Source: Torpedo marmorata (Eukaryota). Taken from it: DNA of 64,000 bases. Each line of letters starts with the position of its first letter. Within the stretch, counting starts at the first letter, position 1. Made by a program: the position numbers and the translations under genes. Under the pieces are notes generated by a model. That model did not search any database. It was not told the DNA's origin and saw only the letters and a program-made list of their open reading frames with translations. Location: positions 40,610,001 to 40,674,000 of the forward strand of contig OZ360221.1 of the NCBI GenBank assembly GCA_977017645.1, read 5' to 3'. Below, in pieces: positions 24,383 to 36,725 of the stretch.

Positions 24383-25078
24383 TCAGAATCAGAATTTGTT
24401 GTCATGAACATATCGCGAAATTAATTTTTGTGCCACAACATCATAGTGCAAACATTTCTATAAACTGCATTTCAAAATAAATAAAATAGTGCAAGAAAAA
24501 GAAAAAGACAAAGTGAGGTAGTGTCTGTGGTTCATTGTTCATTGAAAAATCTGATGGCAGCGGGGAAGAAGCTGTCCTTGTGCCACTGAGTGCTCTTCTT
24601 TTGGCTCCTGTACCTTTTCCCGATGGTAGCAGAGTGAAGAGGGCATGGCCTGGGTGGTGGGGGTCCTTGAGAATAGAGGCTGCTTTCTTAAGATACCGCC
24701 TCTTATAGATATCCTCGATGGAGTGAAGACTGGTACCCATGATGTCTCAGGCCGAGTTAGCAACCCTCTGGATTTTTTTCCTGTCCTGAGCGTTGGCACC
24801 TCTATACCAGCCAGTGACGCAACCAGCCAGAATGCTCTCCTTGGTACACCTGTAGAAGTTTTCGAGAGTCTTCGGAGACATACCGAATCTCCTCAAACAC
24901 CTCACAAAGTATAGCTGCTGGCGAGCCTTCTTCGTGATTTCATCGATATGGAGGCTCCAGGACAGATCTTCAGAGATGTTGACACCTGGGAATTTGTTCT
25001 TGACCCTCTCCACTGCTGATCCCTAGGTGAGGACTGGTTCATGTTCTCCTGATTTCTTCCTGAAGTCCACAATCATCC
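24383..25078 (-). mobile_element. Rex1-type LINE 3' fragment
   Basis: Same family as 16563-18040; frameshifted RT C-terminus and tail. Confidence 0.88.
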
Positions 25079-25272
25079 TTAGACCTGAATGAATATGCAA
25101 TATGTCTTTGTTGCAAATCATGTTACCTGTTCACTCTTACATCCTTTAGTGCAGTTTTTCAATCTATCCCAGACAACCAACCCCTCCTAATTTCAGAGTT
25201 TCCTTTATTTAAATTAAAAATCTGAGTTTAAGATTGAACTCATCATTTTCAAACTGAATAAAACTTCTGTCG

Positions 25273-25922
25273 TGTTCACTTGTACATCCAGAGAATTTAT
25301 TTACTGCATCCGGTGCTCCCTTTGTGGCTTTCTCTACATCGGAGAGACCGGTCGTAGATTGGGAGATCGCTTTGCTGAGCACCTCCTCTCCGTCCGCAAC
25401 AACTGCGACCTCCCAGTAGCCAGCCATTTCAATTCCGAGTCACACTCCCACACTCACATGTCTGTCCATGGCCTTATGTACTATCCCACCCAGTCTACCT
25501 GCAAATTGGGGGAACAACATCTCATTTTACATCTGGGCACTCTCCAGCCAGATGGCATTAACATTGACTTTTCTGCTTTCCACTAAACCTGCTTGTCTTT
25601 TCCTTCCCCTCCCCCCTCACCTGTCCTTCCTGTTTTTTTCCACCCACCCAGCCATCCCTCCTCCCCCTCTTTGCTGCTGTCCCCTCCCTCCTTTCTCCAC
25701 CTATCATCTCCTGCCTTTGCCACCCCCCCCCCCCTTCCCCACCTCACTCTTTTGTTCGGACGCCTGCTGGCATTTTCTCATACTTTGATGAAGGGCTCAA
25801 GCCCAAAACGTCGGTTATGTATTTCTACCTTTGCTACATAAAAGACATTGTTTGACCTGCTGAGTTTCTCCAGCATTTGTGTTTTTTACTTCAACCACGG
25901 TGTCTACAGATTTTCGTGTTTT
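25273..25922 (+). mobile_element. Penelope-like element 3' part
   Basis: IYCIRCSLCGFLYIGETGR GIY-YIG; close to 12726-13486; 10-bp TSD ACTTCTGTCG. Confidence 0.92.
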
Positions 25923-26074
25923 ACTTCTGTCGAGTTATGGTCACTGTTTTCCAGATTCTCCTATATAACACAACCATTCAATAACCATTTCTCATTACAC
26001 AGTACTTGATCTTACATGGCTTTTTCTCTCATCAGTTCGTCAACGTACTCATTTGGAAATCTGTCCCATTATGC

Positions 26075-26660
26075 AAGTTCAAGTTCAAGTTTATTATTAT
26101 CAGACTGAACATATACAACCAGACAAAACAGTGGTTCTCCACACCATGGAGCACACACATACACACATAATACACATACAGTATATACAAAAATATATAA
26201 TTTAAAATAAAGATAGATAAATATTTTGAGATGATTTACTCGGTTACAGGATACTGTTCATCAATCCCACAGCCTGCGGGAAGAAACTATTTCCCAGCCT
26301 GGCAGTCCTGATTTTGATGCTCCTGTACCTCCTCCATGATAGTAGCGGGTTAAAGATACCTTTAATGGAAACGGTTCTCTATAATTCTTTGAGCCCTATT
26401 TAAGGAACACTCCAGTGAATGTCATCAATAGAGGAAAGGGAGACCTCAGTGATTTTCTCAGCCATTTTGATGATCCTTTTTAATGACTTCTGGTCCGATG
26501 CTTTGCAGCTACCGTACTACACAATGATGCAGCCAGACAGAACACTCTCAATTGAGCTCCTGTAAAATGTCGTCAAGATGGGGACGGTAGCCTTGCCCTC
26601 TTCAGCCTCCTTCGGAAGTGTAGGTGTTGCTGCCCCTTCCTGGCTAATGAGGAGCATGGT
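26075..26660 (-). mobile_element. Older Rex1-type LINE 3' fragment
   Basis: (AACTTG)n tail and degraded RT C-terminus similarity. Confidence 0.65.
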
Positions 26661-26829
26661 GGATTGCACATTGAAACCATACAGATCATGCTGCAATCAA
26701 GATCTTATGTTACAATCATTTAAAACCGAACAATGTAGACATTTCTTTTCCTGGAGGGAAGTGAATCTCTGGAATTCTCTGCCTCAGAGGGTTGTGAAAA
26801 ACAGATCATTAAAACATTTAAAGTGGAGG

Positions 26830-27822
26830 TATAAAATTATATATGATTTACTATTAAGGTCTAGGGATAACTCCCTAGATAAGATTAAAAAATTTTGGGA
26901 GCAAGACTTTCAGCTCTCATTCTCGGATACTACATGGGATTCTATCTTAAAATTGGTAAATTCCTCCACTTTATGTGCCCGTTATTCGCTTCTACAATTT
27001 AAGGTAGTACATCGAGCTTACTTTTCTAAAGTTCAATTGGCTAAATTTTATCCTAATATTTATTCGAATTGTGATAGATGTAAGACTGAAGAGGGTACTT
27101 TATAACATATGTTTTGGTCTTGTTCCTTTCTTTCCAAATTTTGGGAAGATATCTTTCGTACCTTATCTTTAGTTCTTAATGTAAATCTCATACCTAATCC
27201 TTTAATTGCTCTTTTTGGATCAACTAAGGTAACTGATTTGAAATTACCTGTGTTTCAATCCCATGTAGTTTCTTTCGCTTCCCATATTGCTAGACGATCA
27301 ATATTGATGAGATGGAAAGATACTGTCCCTCCTACTCATACTCAATGGTTATATGACATGATGGCATGTCTAACTTTGGAAAAAATCAGATGTTCCTCCA
27401 ATGTAGCAGATATAAACTTTTCATGTTTATGGGGTCCTTTTATTAATTTTTTTTCATAATGTATAAGATCATTTAGATCCTGTCTTGTGAGTTGTGTGTT
27501 TTTTTTTTTAATGGTAGTGAAATTGTATGTATTTGCCAAATAACTTCGGAAGGGAAGGGGGTGAATTTGTAGTATAATATCAATTTTGTTTTGGGGTCTT
27601 TTTCAATTAGCCATATGTTATAACTGATTAAATGATTACTTGATTATTTCCTTTTTTTTTGTTTGATTGTTAAGATATCTAGTTTATATGTAACAGATTT
27701 TCTTATATAAGTCTTTCTTTTGTATATTTCCTTTTTCATATTACCTCTTTATATTTAGATAAATATGTCTTCTACTTTTTGTATTATTATTGTAAAATTT
27801 AATAAAAATATTGAAACAGAAA
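26830..27822 (+). mobile_element. L1-clade LINE 3' fragment
   Basis: CARYSLLQFKVVHR, CDRC..HMFWSC zinc knuckle, LEKI; T-rich 3' UTR, AATAAA and A-rich tail; sits inside a CR1 3' remnant. Confidence 0.88.
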
Positions 27823-28419
27823 ATAGTTTTTAGAGATTGGAGAATTAAGAGCAATGGGGATGTAGAGCAAAGGAGGAGTTGAGGCTATTATCCTTTTGAG
27901 TAGTGGGGCAGTCTTGAGGGGTCACGTGGTCTAGTCCTGCTTCTATTTTCTTGTGTTATTATGAATGAGGGCAATATAAAGTTCAACATCCAGGCTGAGC
28001 CTATATGAGGCACTGGTTCAACTCCTGCACTAACTCTGTGCATAATTTTGCCCAGCAAATAACAAAATGGATATTCTATGTTAGGGAAGGGTGCGGAGGA
28101 ATGCATTTAAGTGAATTCAAACTATTAGGCATCTGGGCCACAAGGGTGAATTAAGGAAGTTAGAAATATTGACACTGGAATAAAGTCTGGGCAGAGTAGG
28201 TCTTGTTTTGAACATTTCTAAGGGTTTTAGGTGAATGGAATGCCATTAGAGACTTTGACAGACCTTCTTGATTTTCTGAAGAACAAAGGTAAACAGGTAC
28301 AGTAGTTTAAATTTAACAACTTTACTCAGAGGGCGGAGGAGACATTTTATGAAGTTTAGGACAGTACTGATGGCGCTCTTGGGATGTTAGTGGTCTGTGC
28401 ATTCTTATGTTCAATTGTT

Positions 28420-28844
28420 TTTTGTTTTTTTTTTAATTTTTATTTAATTTTTAAAATCACAAAATACATAATCAAAATAATATATTATCAAAATACATGT
28501 GATATTTTTACCAACCCCCCTTCCCTCCCTCCCCTCCCCAGCCCTCCCACACTATTCTAATAAAGAGAAAAAAAAAAGAATATATAGAAATGTTAGTTAA
28601 AAGGAAAGAAATAGAATGAGAAATAAAGTTAAGAGAGTTAGTATGAGGAGAAAACTATTTCAGACTAACTCTATTTATATATGGAGGATACTTTTGTCAG
28701 CGGTACTAACTTTTAGAGAATTAATTCATACCCATAATTCTCATATATGGGCTCCAAATTTTCAAAAAGAAATGATATTTGTCTCGCAAATTATACGTAA
28801 TTTTTTCCAGTGGTATACAAGAACGTAACTCTGCATGTAATCTA
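28420..28844 (-). mobile_element. 5'-truncated L1 insertion
   Basis: CIPLEKITYNLR..FLKIWSPY C-terminus, poly(A) tail, perfect 17-bp TSD TCTTATGTTCAATTGTT (28403-19, 28845-61). Confidence 0.9.
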
Positions 28845-30141
28845 TCTTATGTTCAATTGTTGATGGAAGTTGAAATACTTTGAATCTGACAAGATGCTAG
28901 TCTCATAAAGGTCGCAGATAAACTGGTAGGTTGAATGGATCTAGTGGTGTCCTTCAGTTCCCACGTTTAATCATTATAAATGTGTGTCACTGTGGAAATT
29001 CCAGTTATCCCAGAATCCACTGCTTTTACCAGAAGTGTATTCCCAATGACATTGGACAATATGTCACCAGTGGTACAGAGCCATAGGGTCATAGAGTCAC
29101 ACAACATAGAAACAGGCCTTTCCGTCTACCATGTCAATGACAAGCCTGAGGGAACCTGTCCAAACTAATCTCATTTACCAGCACCACTACTTGCTGAGGA
29201 TTGATGTTCTCATCTATACATCTTCTTAAATGCCGTGAGAGTACCTGCCTTTGCCTCCCCCTCCCACAGCGTGTTCCAGATTCTGACAGCCCTTTGGGTG
29301 AAAACATTCTTCCACAGATCCCTTCTAACCCTCTTTACCCTATGCTAAACCCTTGCCCTACAGTTTCAGATACCTCTGCTATGGGAAACAGTTTAAGATT
29401 GAACTCATCATTTTCAAACAATAAAACTTCTGTCATGTTATGGTCACTCTTTTCTAGATACACCTAAAGTTGAATTTAAAGCTGAAATTGCTTCATATCA
29501 TCGTAAAGTACTTTCAGGATTTATATTCTAATTGGAATGCGCTTTGCTTGATAGGTTAGCATACACAATATCTGGAATTCCTAAAAATAACATTATTATT
29601 GAGATTCTGACAACCTGACTGGCATTAGGTCAGCTATTTGAATTCATTAATTGTTAATGATTTAGCTTGGAAGTGAGTAGAATATCTTACTTCGCATAAT
29701 TGAATGAATTAGTCAAACTGATGAAAGTGAGGACATGCTCTCAGAATTTTGTTAAAAGTAACACTGAACCTGTTTGTTGACCAGCTGGGGTATCTTGCTG
29801 GAGATATAGAAAGCAAAGTAGGGTGGGGTTTATTTATTTAGTCTTTGCTCCTAATTTTATTTTACTTCCAGCAATAGGAACCAATGGTTCACATACATGT
29901 TCTGTGCTCCATTCCTTTATGTGGGAAATTATAGGTGGACAGAATATATTTTTAAAAGTTATTCATGGACTGTGTACATTGTCAACACTGATTTTTCCAT
30001 TGGTCATTATTATGAAATGTGCAGTGGGCATGTCAGTGGGCATGGAGTCACATATAGGCCAGGTGGGGTAGGAATGGACATCAGTAATCTGATATATTTT
30101 TGTAACAATCCTGTAATTCATGCTTACGATTATTGAGACTA

Positions 30142-30822
30142 CAGTGAAACTCCAATTTTACGCGCCCCGATTTAACGAGAATTCGGATATAACGCAATGA
30201 GTCATTGGACCTGCTGATCAGCCTGCGCCTTCTGCCCGGCACCTGAAGTGCACCGTCTGGCCCTCGGCCGCCGACACCCGCTGCGGCGACCGCTCCTGGA
30301 TCCGGGGCTTGTGGCAGGCCAGTGAGTGGTGGAGCGCGGCGCCGCAGAACTCCAGCAGCCGGCTGCCCCGCAGGTCAGCCGGAGACACGCACACCGGTGG
30401 CCGCTGGTCGAAGCTGAGAGCCGGGCTGGTCTGCAGCAGCCAGCGCAGGTGGCAGTCGCAGCACAGCGGGTTGTTGTCCAGGCGCAGCACGGCCAGGCTG
30501 CGCGCCGGCGGCAGTGCGCTCTCTTCCAGTGTGGCCAGCGCGTGGCCAGCTCTCTCAGCTTGTACAGCTGCCGAAAGTTCTGCTCCTGCAGGGAGCTGAT
30601 GCCCAGGTAACGCAGCCGGAGTGTGGCCAGGTTGTGCAGGTAGGACAGGGATTCGGCCGAAATGGAGGTGAGGCAGGTTGAACAAGTTGCCGAAAGCGCC
30701 CGGTTCCACGCTGCTGATGATGTTCTCACTGTATACGTGCAACCCTGATTTAGCGCGACCCTGCTTTTTTCGTGATGACATTTTATGGACCCAGATGATT
30801 GCGTTATAACGGGTTTTCACTG
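30142..30822. mobile_element. Tigger/pogo-like non-autonomous TIR element carrying a host gene fragment
   Basis: TA-CAGTGAAACTCCAATTTTACGC ... GCGTTATAACGGGTTTTCACTG-TA (16/22 TIR match); subterminal GAT(A/T)TA(A/G)CG repeats on both arms. Confidence 0.8.
30227..30730 (-). pseudogene. Captured, internally deleted LINGO-family (most like LINGO3) LRR/LRRCT/Ig fragment
   Basis: SENIISSVEPGAFGNLFNL; LTSISAESLSYLHNLATLRLRYLGISSLQEQNFR; TLEES..LRLDNNPLCCDC.L.W..C.KPRIQER..Q.VSAAEGQTVHFRCRAEG; no start, signal peptide or TM segment. Confidence 0.85.
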
Positions 30823-30919
30823 TATTTTCAAAAATATTCAAGATTTGTTAATTTAGTTGAATTTAAGTTCCCTGGCTCCCAAGGTGGGATCCCAATGCAT
30901 AAGACCATTAGACAATAAA

Positions 30920-31390
30920 ACCATAAGACATAGGAGCAGAAATAGGCTATTCAGCCCATCGTGTCTACCCCACCATTTATTCGTGAGCAAATCCATTTTC
31001 CCACTCAGCCCCACTGCCCGGCCTTCTCCCCATAACCTTTGATGCCCTGGCTAATCAAGAACCTACCAATCTCTGCCTTAAATACACCCAATGACCTGGC
31101 CTCCACAATCACCTGTGGCAACAAAGTCCACAGATTTAACACCCTTTGGCTGGAGAAATTCCTACACATTTCTGTTCTTAACGGACACCTTCAATCCTGA
31201 AGTTGTGCCCTCTTGTCCTAGACTCTCCCACCTTCCTACATCTACTCTGTCCATGCCTTTCAACATTCAAAATGTTTCAATGAGATCCCTCCTCATTCTA
31301 AATTCCAACGAATACAGGCCAAGAGCTGTCAAATGCTCCTCATATGATAACCCTTTAATTCCCCGAATCATCCTAGTGAACCTCCTTTGA
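30920..31390 (-). mobile_element. CR1 LINE 3' end
   Basis: Same family as 52680-53045; tail agacataggagcagaaatagg. Confidence 0.8.
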
Positions 31391-32409
31391 ACCCTGTTTC
31401 CATGTTTCTCCTTTGAACACATGTCTCCAGATCAGCAGTCCATGCCTCTAGCAGCTAGTCTGGTGTTCTAATTATTGCACCAGTGGGAAGGGTTTACCAA
31501 GTCACGGTAATGATTTGCACCATTAATGGTAGCAGCAGAGAGTAATGAGGGGAGAGTGGGATGAGGACTTGGGGGTCTGGACCAGCCATCCTCAAGGGGT
31601 GAGCTGGACAAATGGGTTCACTGAATCTGATATGTTGATAGCTGGCGTGAGAAAAGATTGTCATGGAGGCTACTGGCTTCTGAAAGCTAAAGTGATTCAC
31701 CTTTCTTCCACAGAAAATGGAATTGGTTTGACCTACCCGTGACTTTGTACCCACGTTCCATGATCGACTCTAGATATGGAAGTGTTAGTGGGATATGGGC
31801 CCATACGAACTCATATGGGTAACGTGGTTTCCATGGATGAGTTGGGCTAAAAGACTTGTTTTCGTGTTTCATAGCTCCACCACTCCCGATGCCCTGTGAG
31901 CAAGCAGAGGTAATTATAAACAAGAAGCAAAATGAAGTGGGTTCTGGAAACAGCAGCCCCTGGAAATACTCAGAAACACAATCGGCAGCTGCAGAAGGAG
32001 GAATGGAGTAAAGTCTGAGGACAATTACTTCAGATTCTTTCTGACAGGTTGAATGTTTCTGTTGGAGATAATACTACACACTGCCTTACCTGTGTTGCTA
32101 TATACCAAGAAGGAAGAAACATACAGTCATAGAGACATGTAACACGGAAACTGGTCCTACAGGGCCACTGAGTATGTGCTGACCATTTACCACTCATTTA
32201 GAACTATAGAACCATAGGACACTACAGCATAGTAACAGGCCCTTCAGCCCATCTAGTCTGTACTGAATTTTTATTCTGCCTAGTCGCATCGACTCTAACC
32301 ACACACTCTCAATGCTACAAAAACAGCTTCTTCCCCTCTGCCATCAAATTTCTGAACAGCAATGAACCTATGGACACTACCTCACATTTTCTCTTTTTTA
32401 AAATTAAAA

Positions 32410-32660
32410 ACAAAATTTAGACATACAGCATGGTAACAGGCCATTTCGGCCCACGAGTCTGTGCCGCCCAATTTACACCCCATTAACCTACACCCCCGGT
32501 ATGTTTTGAACGGTGGGAGGAAACCGGAGCCCCCGGAGAAAACCCACACAGACACGGGGAGAACATACAAACTCCTTACAGACAGCGCGGGATTCGAACC
32601 CCGGTTCGGTACTGATCGCTGGCGCTGTAAAGGCGTTGCGCTAACCGCTACGCTAACCCC
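32410..32660 (-). mobile_element. tRNA-derived V-domain SINE (HE1-like)
   Basis: A box, B box GGTTCGAATCC, V-domain-like core gagtttgtatgttctccccgtgtctg..ctccggttt, CR1-like 3' tail. Confidence 0.85.
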
Positions 32661-32949
32661 TTTTTGCACTAGTTATTTATTTTTTAAATTTTGTATTTAC
32701 AGAATTGTAAGTTTGCACCTTGTTCTGCACAATACTGCTGCCTCAAAACAACAAATTTCATGACACATGTTCATGACAATAAACCTGATTCTGATTCCTC
32801 CCATCCAGATACCTATCCAAATGTTTCTTTAATGTCGAAATCAAAATTTTAAAGCTGTCTCTCACAGCTTGGAAACCAGCTGAATGGACAATGAACCACA
32901 AACACTACCTCACTTTCTCTTATTTTTGCACTATTTTTTTTTAATGTAA

Positions 32950-33350
32950 TAGGTATAGGTGCCACAAGACTCGCACCACCAGGTTCAGGAACAGCTGCTA
33001 CCCTCTACCATCAGACTCTTCAACAACAAACTCAATCAGATACTCATTTAAGGACTCTTACTTTTGCACTTTATTGATTTTTTTTCTCTCTGTATTGCAC
33101 AGTCAGTTTGTTTATATGTCTTTGTTTGTTTACATTCTTAAGTACAATTTTTTGTGCTACCAATAAGTGGTAATTCTGCCTCACCTGCAGGAAAAAGAAT
33201 CTCAGGGTTGTATGTAATGTCATGTATGTACTCTGACAATAAATCTGAACTTTGAACTTTGAATTTTATATAAATATTTGCACTGTAATGCTGCCGCAAA
33301 ACAACACATTTTGCGACTTGTTCATGACAATAAATTCTGATTCTGATTCT
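32950..33350 (+). mobile_element. Stacked Rex1-type 3' tails
   Basis: Matches the 3' UTRs of both Rex1 families in the window; AATAAA plus microsatellite tails. Confidence 0.75.
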
Positions 33351-34221
33351 AATCGGCCCATCACCTTGCATTAATCCTACAAGAACATGAGAGATAGGAT
33401 CAGGAGTAGGCCATCTAGCCCATCGAGCCTGCTCTGCCATTTACTAAGATCATGGCTGGACTGGCATGGACTCAGCTCCCTGCCTTTCTCCTATAACCCT
33501 TGATTCTGTCGTCAGTGAGCTTAATGATGGAAGCAAACAAGAGAGACTGCAGATGCTGGAAAACTGGAGTGACACAAAATGGTGGAGGAGCCCAGCGGGT
33601 TGGGCAGTATTTGTGGAAGACAAAAGATGGACAACTTATTGGGCCAACTCCTGCTTAAAGATGGAGTTGGAGCAGTATTTGGCTGTGCAGTCATGTTTGT
33701 AGAGGGAGTATACTAGGGGACTGAGTACACGACCTTGTGTTGAGTGTGATCATGGAGGAGGTGTTGCTTTGCACCTTCGCTGATTGCGGTCTGTAGACTG
33801 GATGCCAAAGATTCGGTTGCGGAGGGGGCTGCAGAGGGCGAAGTCTCAATGTTTGGGGATGAGTTTACTGGAGACTGTGGTACTGAAGGCGGAGCCGCAG
33901 TCGATAAACAGTAGTCAGATACAAGTGCCTTTAGTGTTCAGGCATTCCAGGACAGAGTGTAAGAGGCATTTACATAGGCACATGAACATGCAGAGAATGG
34001 AGGAAATGGATCATGTGCCAGGGATTGGTTTAATTTGGTATCATGGTTGACGCAGACATCACAGGCCAAAGGACCTGTTCCTGTGCCGTATTGTCTCATG
34101 ATCTATCTTGGTTTCTGTGTTTATAGATGCTGCCTGACTTGCTGTGTGTTTCCAACACTTCTTGTTATGGGGTGAATGGCATTTTCCAGTTCTGTAAATG
34201 TCTATCACTCTGTTGTATACA

Positions 34222-34332
34222 CTGACTGGGAGAAGGCTTCCTCTGACTGGGAGAAGGCTTCCTCTGACTGGGAGAAGGCTTCCTCTGACTGGGAGAAGGC
34301 TTCCTCTGACTGGGAGAAGGCTTCCTCTGACT
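34222..34332. repeat. Perfect 21-bp minisatellite (CTGACTGGGAGAAGGCTTCCT) x5.3
   Basis: Five identical units plus 6 bp. Confidence 0.97.
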
Positions 34333-34532
34333 CCTGTGTGCAAAAGGAAACTTTAAGCTCGCTTCTCCAGAATAGTTTGACATTTTCATTGCACACACCA
34401 AGCATCAATAGCCTTCCCCAAGGGGTTCATTTTCTCGCTTTTTTTTTTGGCTCTCCTTTCATTTGCCCCTCTCTCACTCCTGCTTTCTCTCTTTGCGACT
34501 GGTAACAACTTTGAGTGTTGATCAATGCATCA

Positions 34533-35460
34533 TTTCAGATTTCAGATTTATTGTCAGAGTACATAGATGACGTCACATACAACCCTGAGATTCCTTTTTC
34601 CTGTGGGCGCAGCAGAATTACCACTAATTGGCAGTGCAAAAAGTAAATTGTACACAGCGTAAACATGTAAACAATCAAAAGAACTGCTAACAGGTAACGA
34701 ATGAAACTGACTGTGCAATACAGAGAGAGCAAAGAAAAATCAATAAAGTGCACGAGTAAGAGTCCTTAAATGAGTCTCTGATTTGACTTTGTCGTTGAGG
34801 ATTCTGATGGTAGAGGTGTAGCAGCTGTTCCTGAAGCTGGTGGTGCGAGTCTTGTGGCACCTATACCTCTCTCCTGATGGCAGCAGCGAGAACAGAGCAT
34901 GTGCTGGGTGGTGTGGGTCTTTGATGATTGCTGTTGCCCTTCGACGGCAGCGTTCCCTGTAGATGTACTCAATAGTGGGGAGGGTTTTGCCAGTAATGTC
35001 CTGGGCTGTGTCCACTATGTTTTGGAGGGCTTTACGCTAAGGGGTATTGGTGTTCCCATACCAGACCGTGATGCAGCCGGTCAGCACACTTTCCACCACA
35101 CATCTGTAGAAATTTGCCAGGGTTTCTGGTGTCATACCAAACCTCCGCAAGCTCCTGAGGAAGTAGAGGCGCTGATGAGCTTTCTTCACGATGCCATTGG
35201 TGTGTTGGGTCCAGGAAATATCCTCCGAGATAATGACTCCCAAGAACCTAAATTTCCTCACCCTCTCCACCTCTGATCCCACAATGATCACTGGATTGTA
35301 TACCTCTGGCTTTCCTTTCCTGAAGTCAACAATCAGCTCCTTAGTTTTGGTGACATTGAGTGCAAGGTTGTTTTTTGTGCACCATTCAGCCAGGTTTTCA
35401 ATCTCCAACTTGTATGCTGACTCATCCCCTTCCTTTATACAACCTACTACCATGGTATCA
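34533..35460 (-). mobile_element. 5'-truncated Rex1-type LINE
   Basis: Close copy of 8347-9300. Confidence 0.9.
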
Positions 35461-36302
35461 TTTGAACTGTTTTAATATTACCAAAATTCTGCAGTGTTCT
35501 CTGAGAAAACCCAAAGTGCAAACAAAATGAATGTTGTGAAGGTTGTTTGTCAAGAGGCTGAGAAACATATGCCCGAACATAGAATACATAGCACAGAAAC
35601 AGCCCCTTCAGAATTAGAATCAGAATCAATTTATTGTCGTTCACACTACATACATAGCATAAACAAAAAGAAGTATCCCCGAACAGTGCCCATAAATCAC
35701 AAGACAAGGCCAAGACAATGCCTCTGACAAACAAGACAAAACAAGACTAATCAAGACAGCCCCTGCACGCCACTCAGCCTATCCAGGAAGCCGCTGCGGA
35801 TTTACGCGCCGCCATCCCCAACAAGCAAGCAGCAAACGTGAGCACCAGACAAAACATATAACCAAGCCCAGACCACTTACCAGCCCAAGAAGCCGCCGTG
35901 ATATACGAGTCGCCATCAACCCTTCTCGTCTTAGCCGACATATTGAAAGTTTACATTTGCTTTGTCCCATTTTAGAATTTCCTTTTCTGAACTTACTTTT
36001 GCCATCCCTGCTCCAGACAGATCGTTTACCTGATCTGCCTTGACCCCCCTTCCCACATTCCCCATCTCGAAGATTTGGGATCCCCAAACCAACTTGAACC
36101 AATGGAACTTCAACATTGTGTTTCATTTGATTGGGACTTTTTACTATGTAATGGCCACAAAGTATCATTGCAAGTAAAAGGGGAGAAGTAGATCATGGTT
36201 CTAGTTTTTTTCTTCCCCTTGAGTACCCAGTTAAGCAGACAGACCCCAGGGCAGGAGCATCAGGACCAGGGGGCTCGATGCCTGGAAAAAATATAATCCA
36301 GC

Positions 36303-36725
36303 TGTTACAACTCAAACCAGCAACAACAGAAGACGCAATTCAAAAGGGTTAAATTTTAACTCTATATTTATTAATTACTATTAACAATATAATTTCTTAA
36401 CACAATTAACCCCACTATAAGTATCTATAGTAAATATCGAATATCATATATTTATAAACAGTGTGTATGTGAAAAACCCAGACGATTACAGACTGTGCCC
36501 AATATTCAAAAAGGAAAAATCCCCAAAACCCAGATCAGTCAGTCAAGTAAGTCAGTCCAAAAAACACAGTCCACAAAATCAAATATCAAAGTTCAATGTC
36601 CAAGTTCAGTTCTTTAACTGATAACAAAGGATGTCGTGTTGAACGTTGGAGAGAGAAATGACTGATGTTGCGTTGCAGTAAGCTTACGAATCCTTTTTCA
36701 GGCTTCCTCAGATGACTTCCCTTGG
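36303..36725 (-). mobile_element. Partial LTR (3' half) of the Gmr1-like family
   Basis: Reverse complement ends ...ttgctggtttgagttgtaaca and resembles ~40885-41301. Confidence 0.8.

Noticed and set aside
30202-30841. Functional LINGO gene
   Set aside because: Lacks start, signal peptide, most LRRs and the TM/cytoplasmic part; two frame changes; enclosed by TIRs
34222-34332. CRISPR-like repeat array
   Set aside because: Units are head-to-tail with no spacers, there are no cas genes, and the context is eukaryotic
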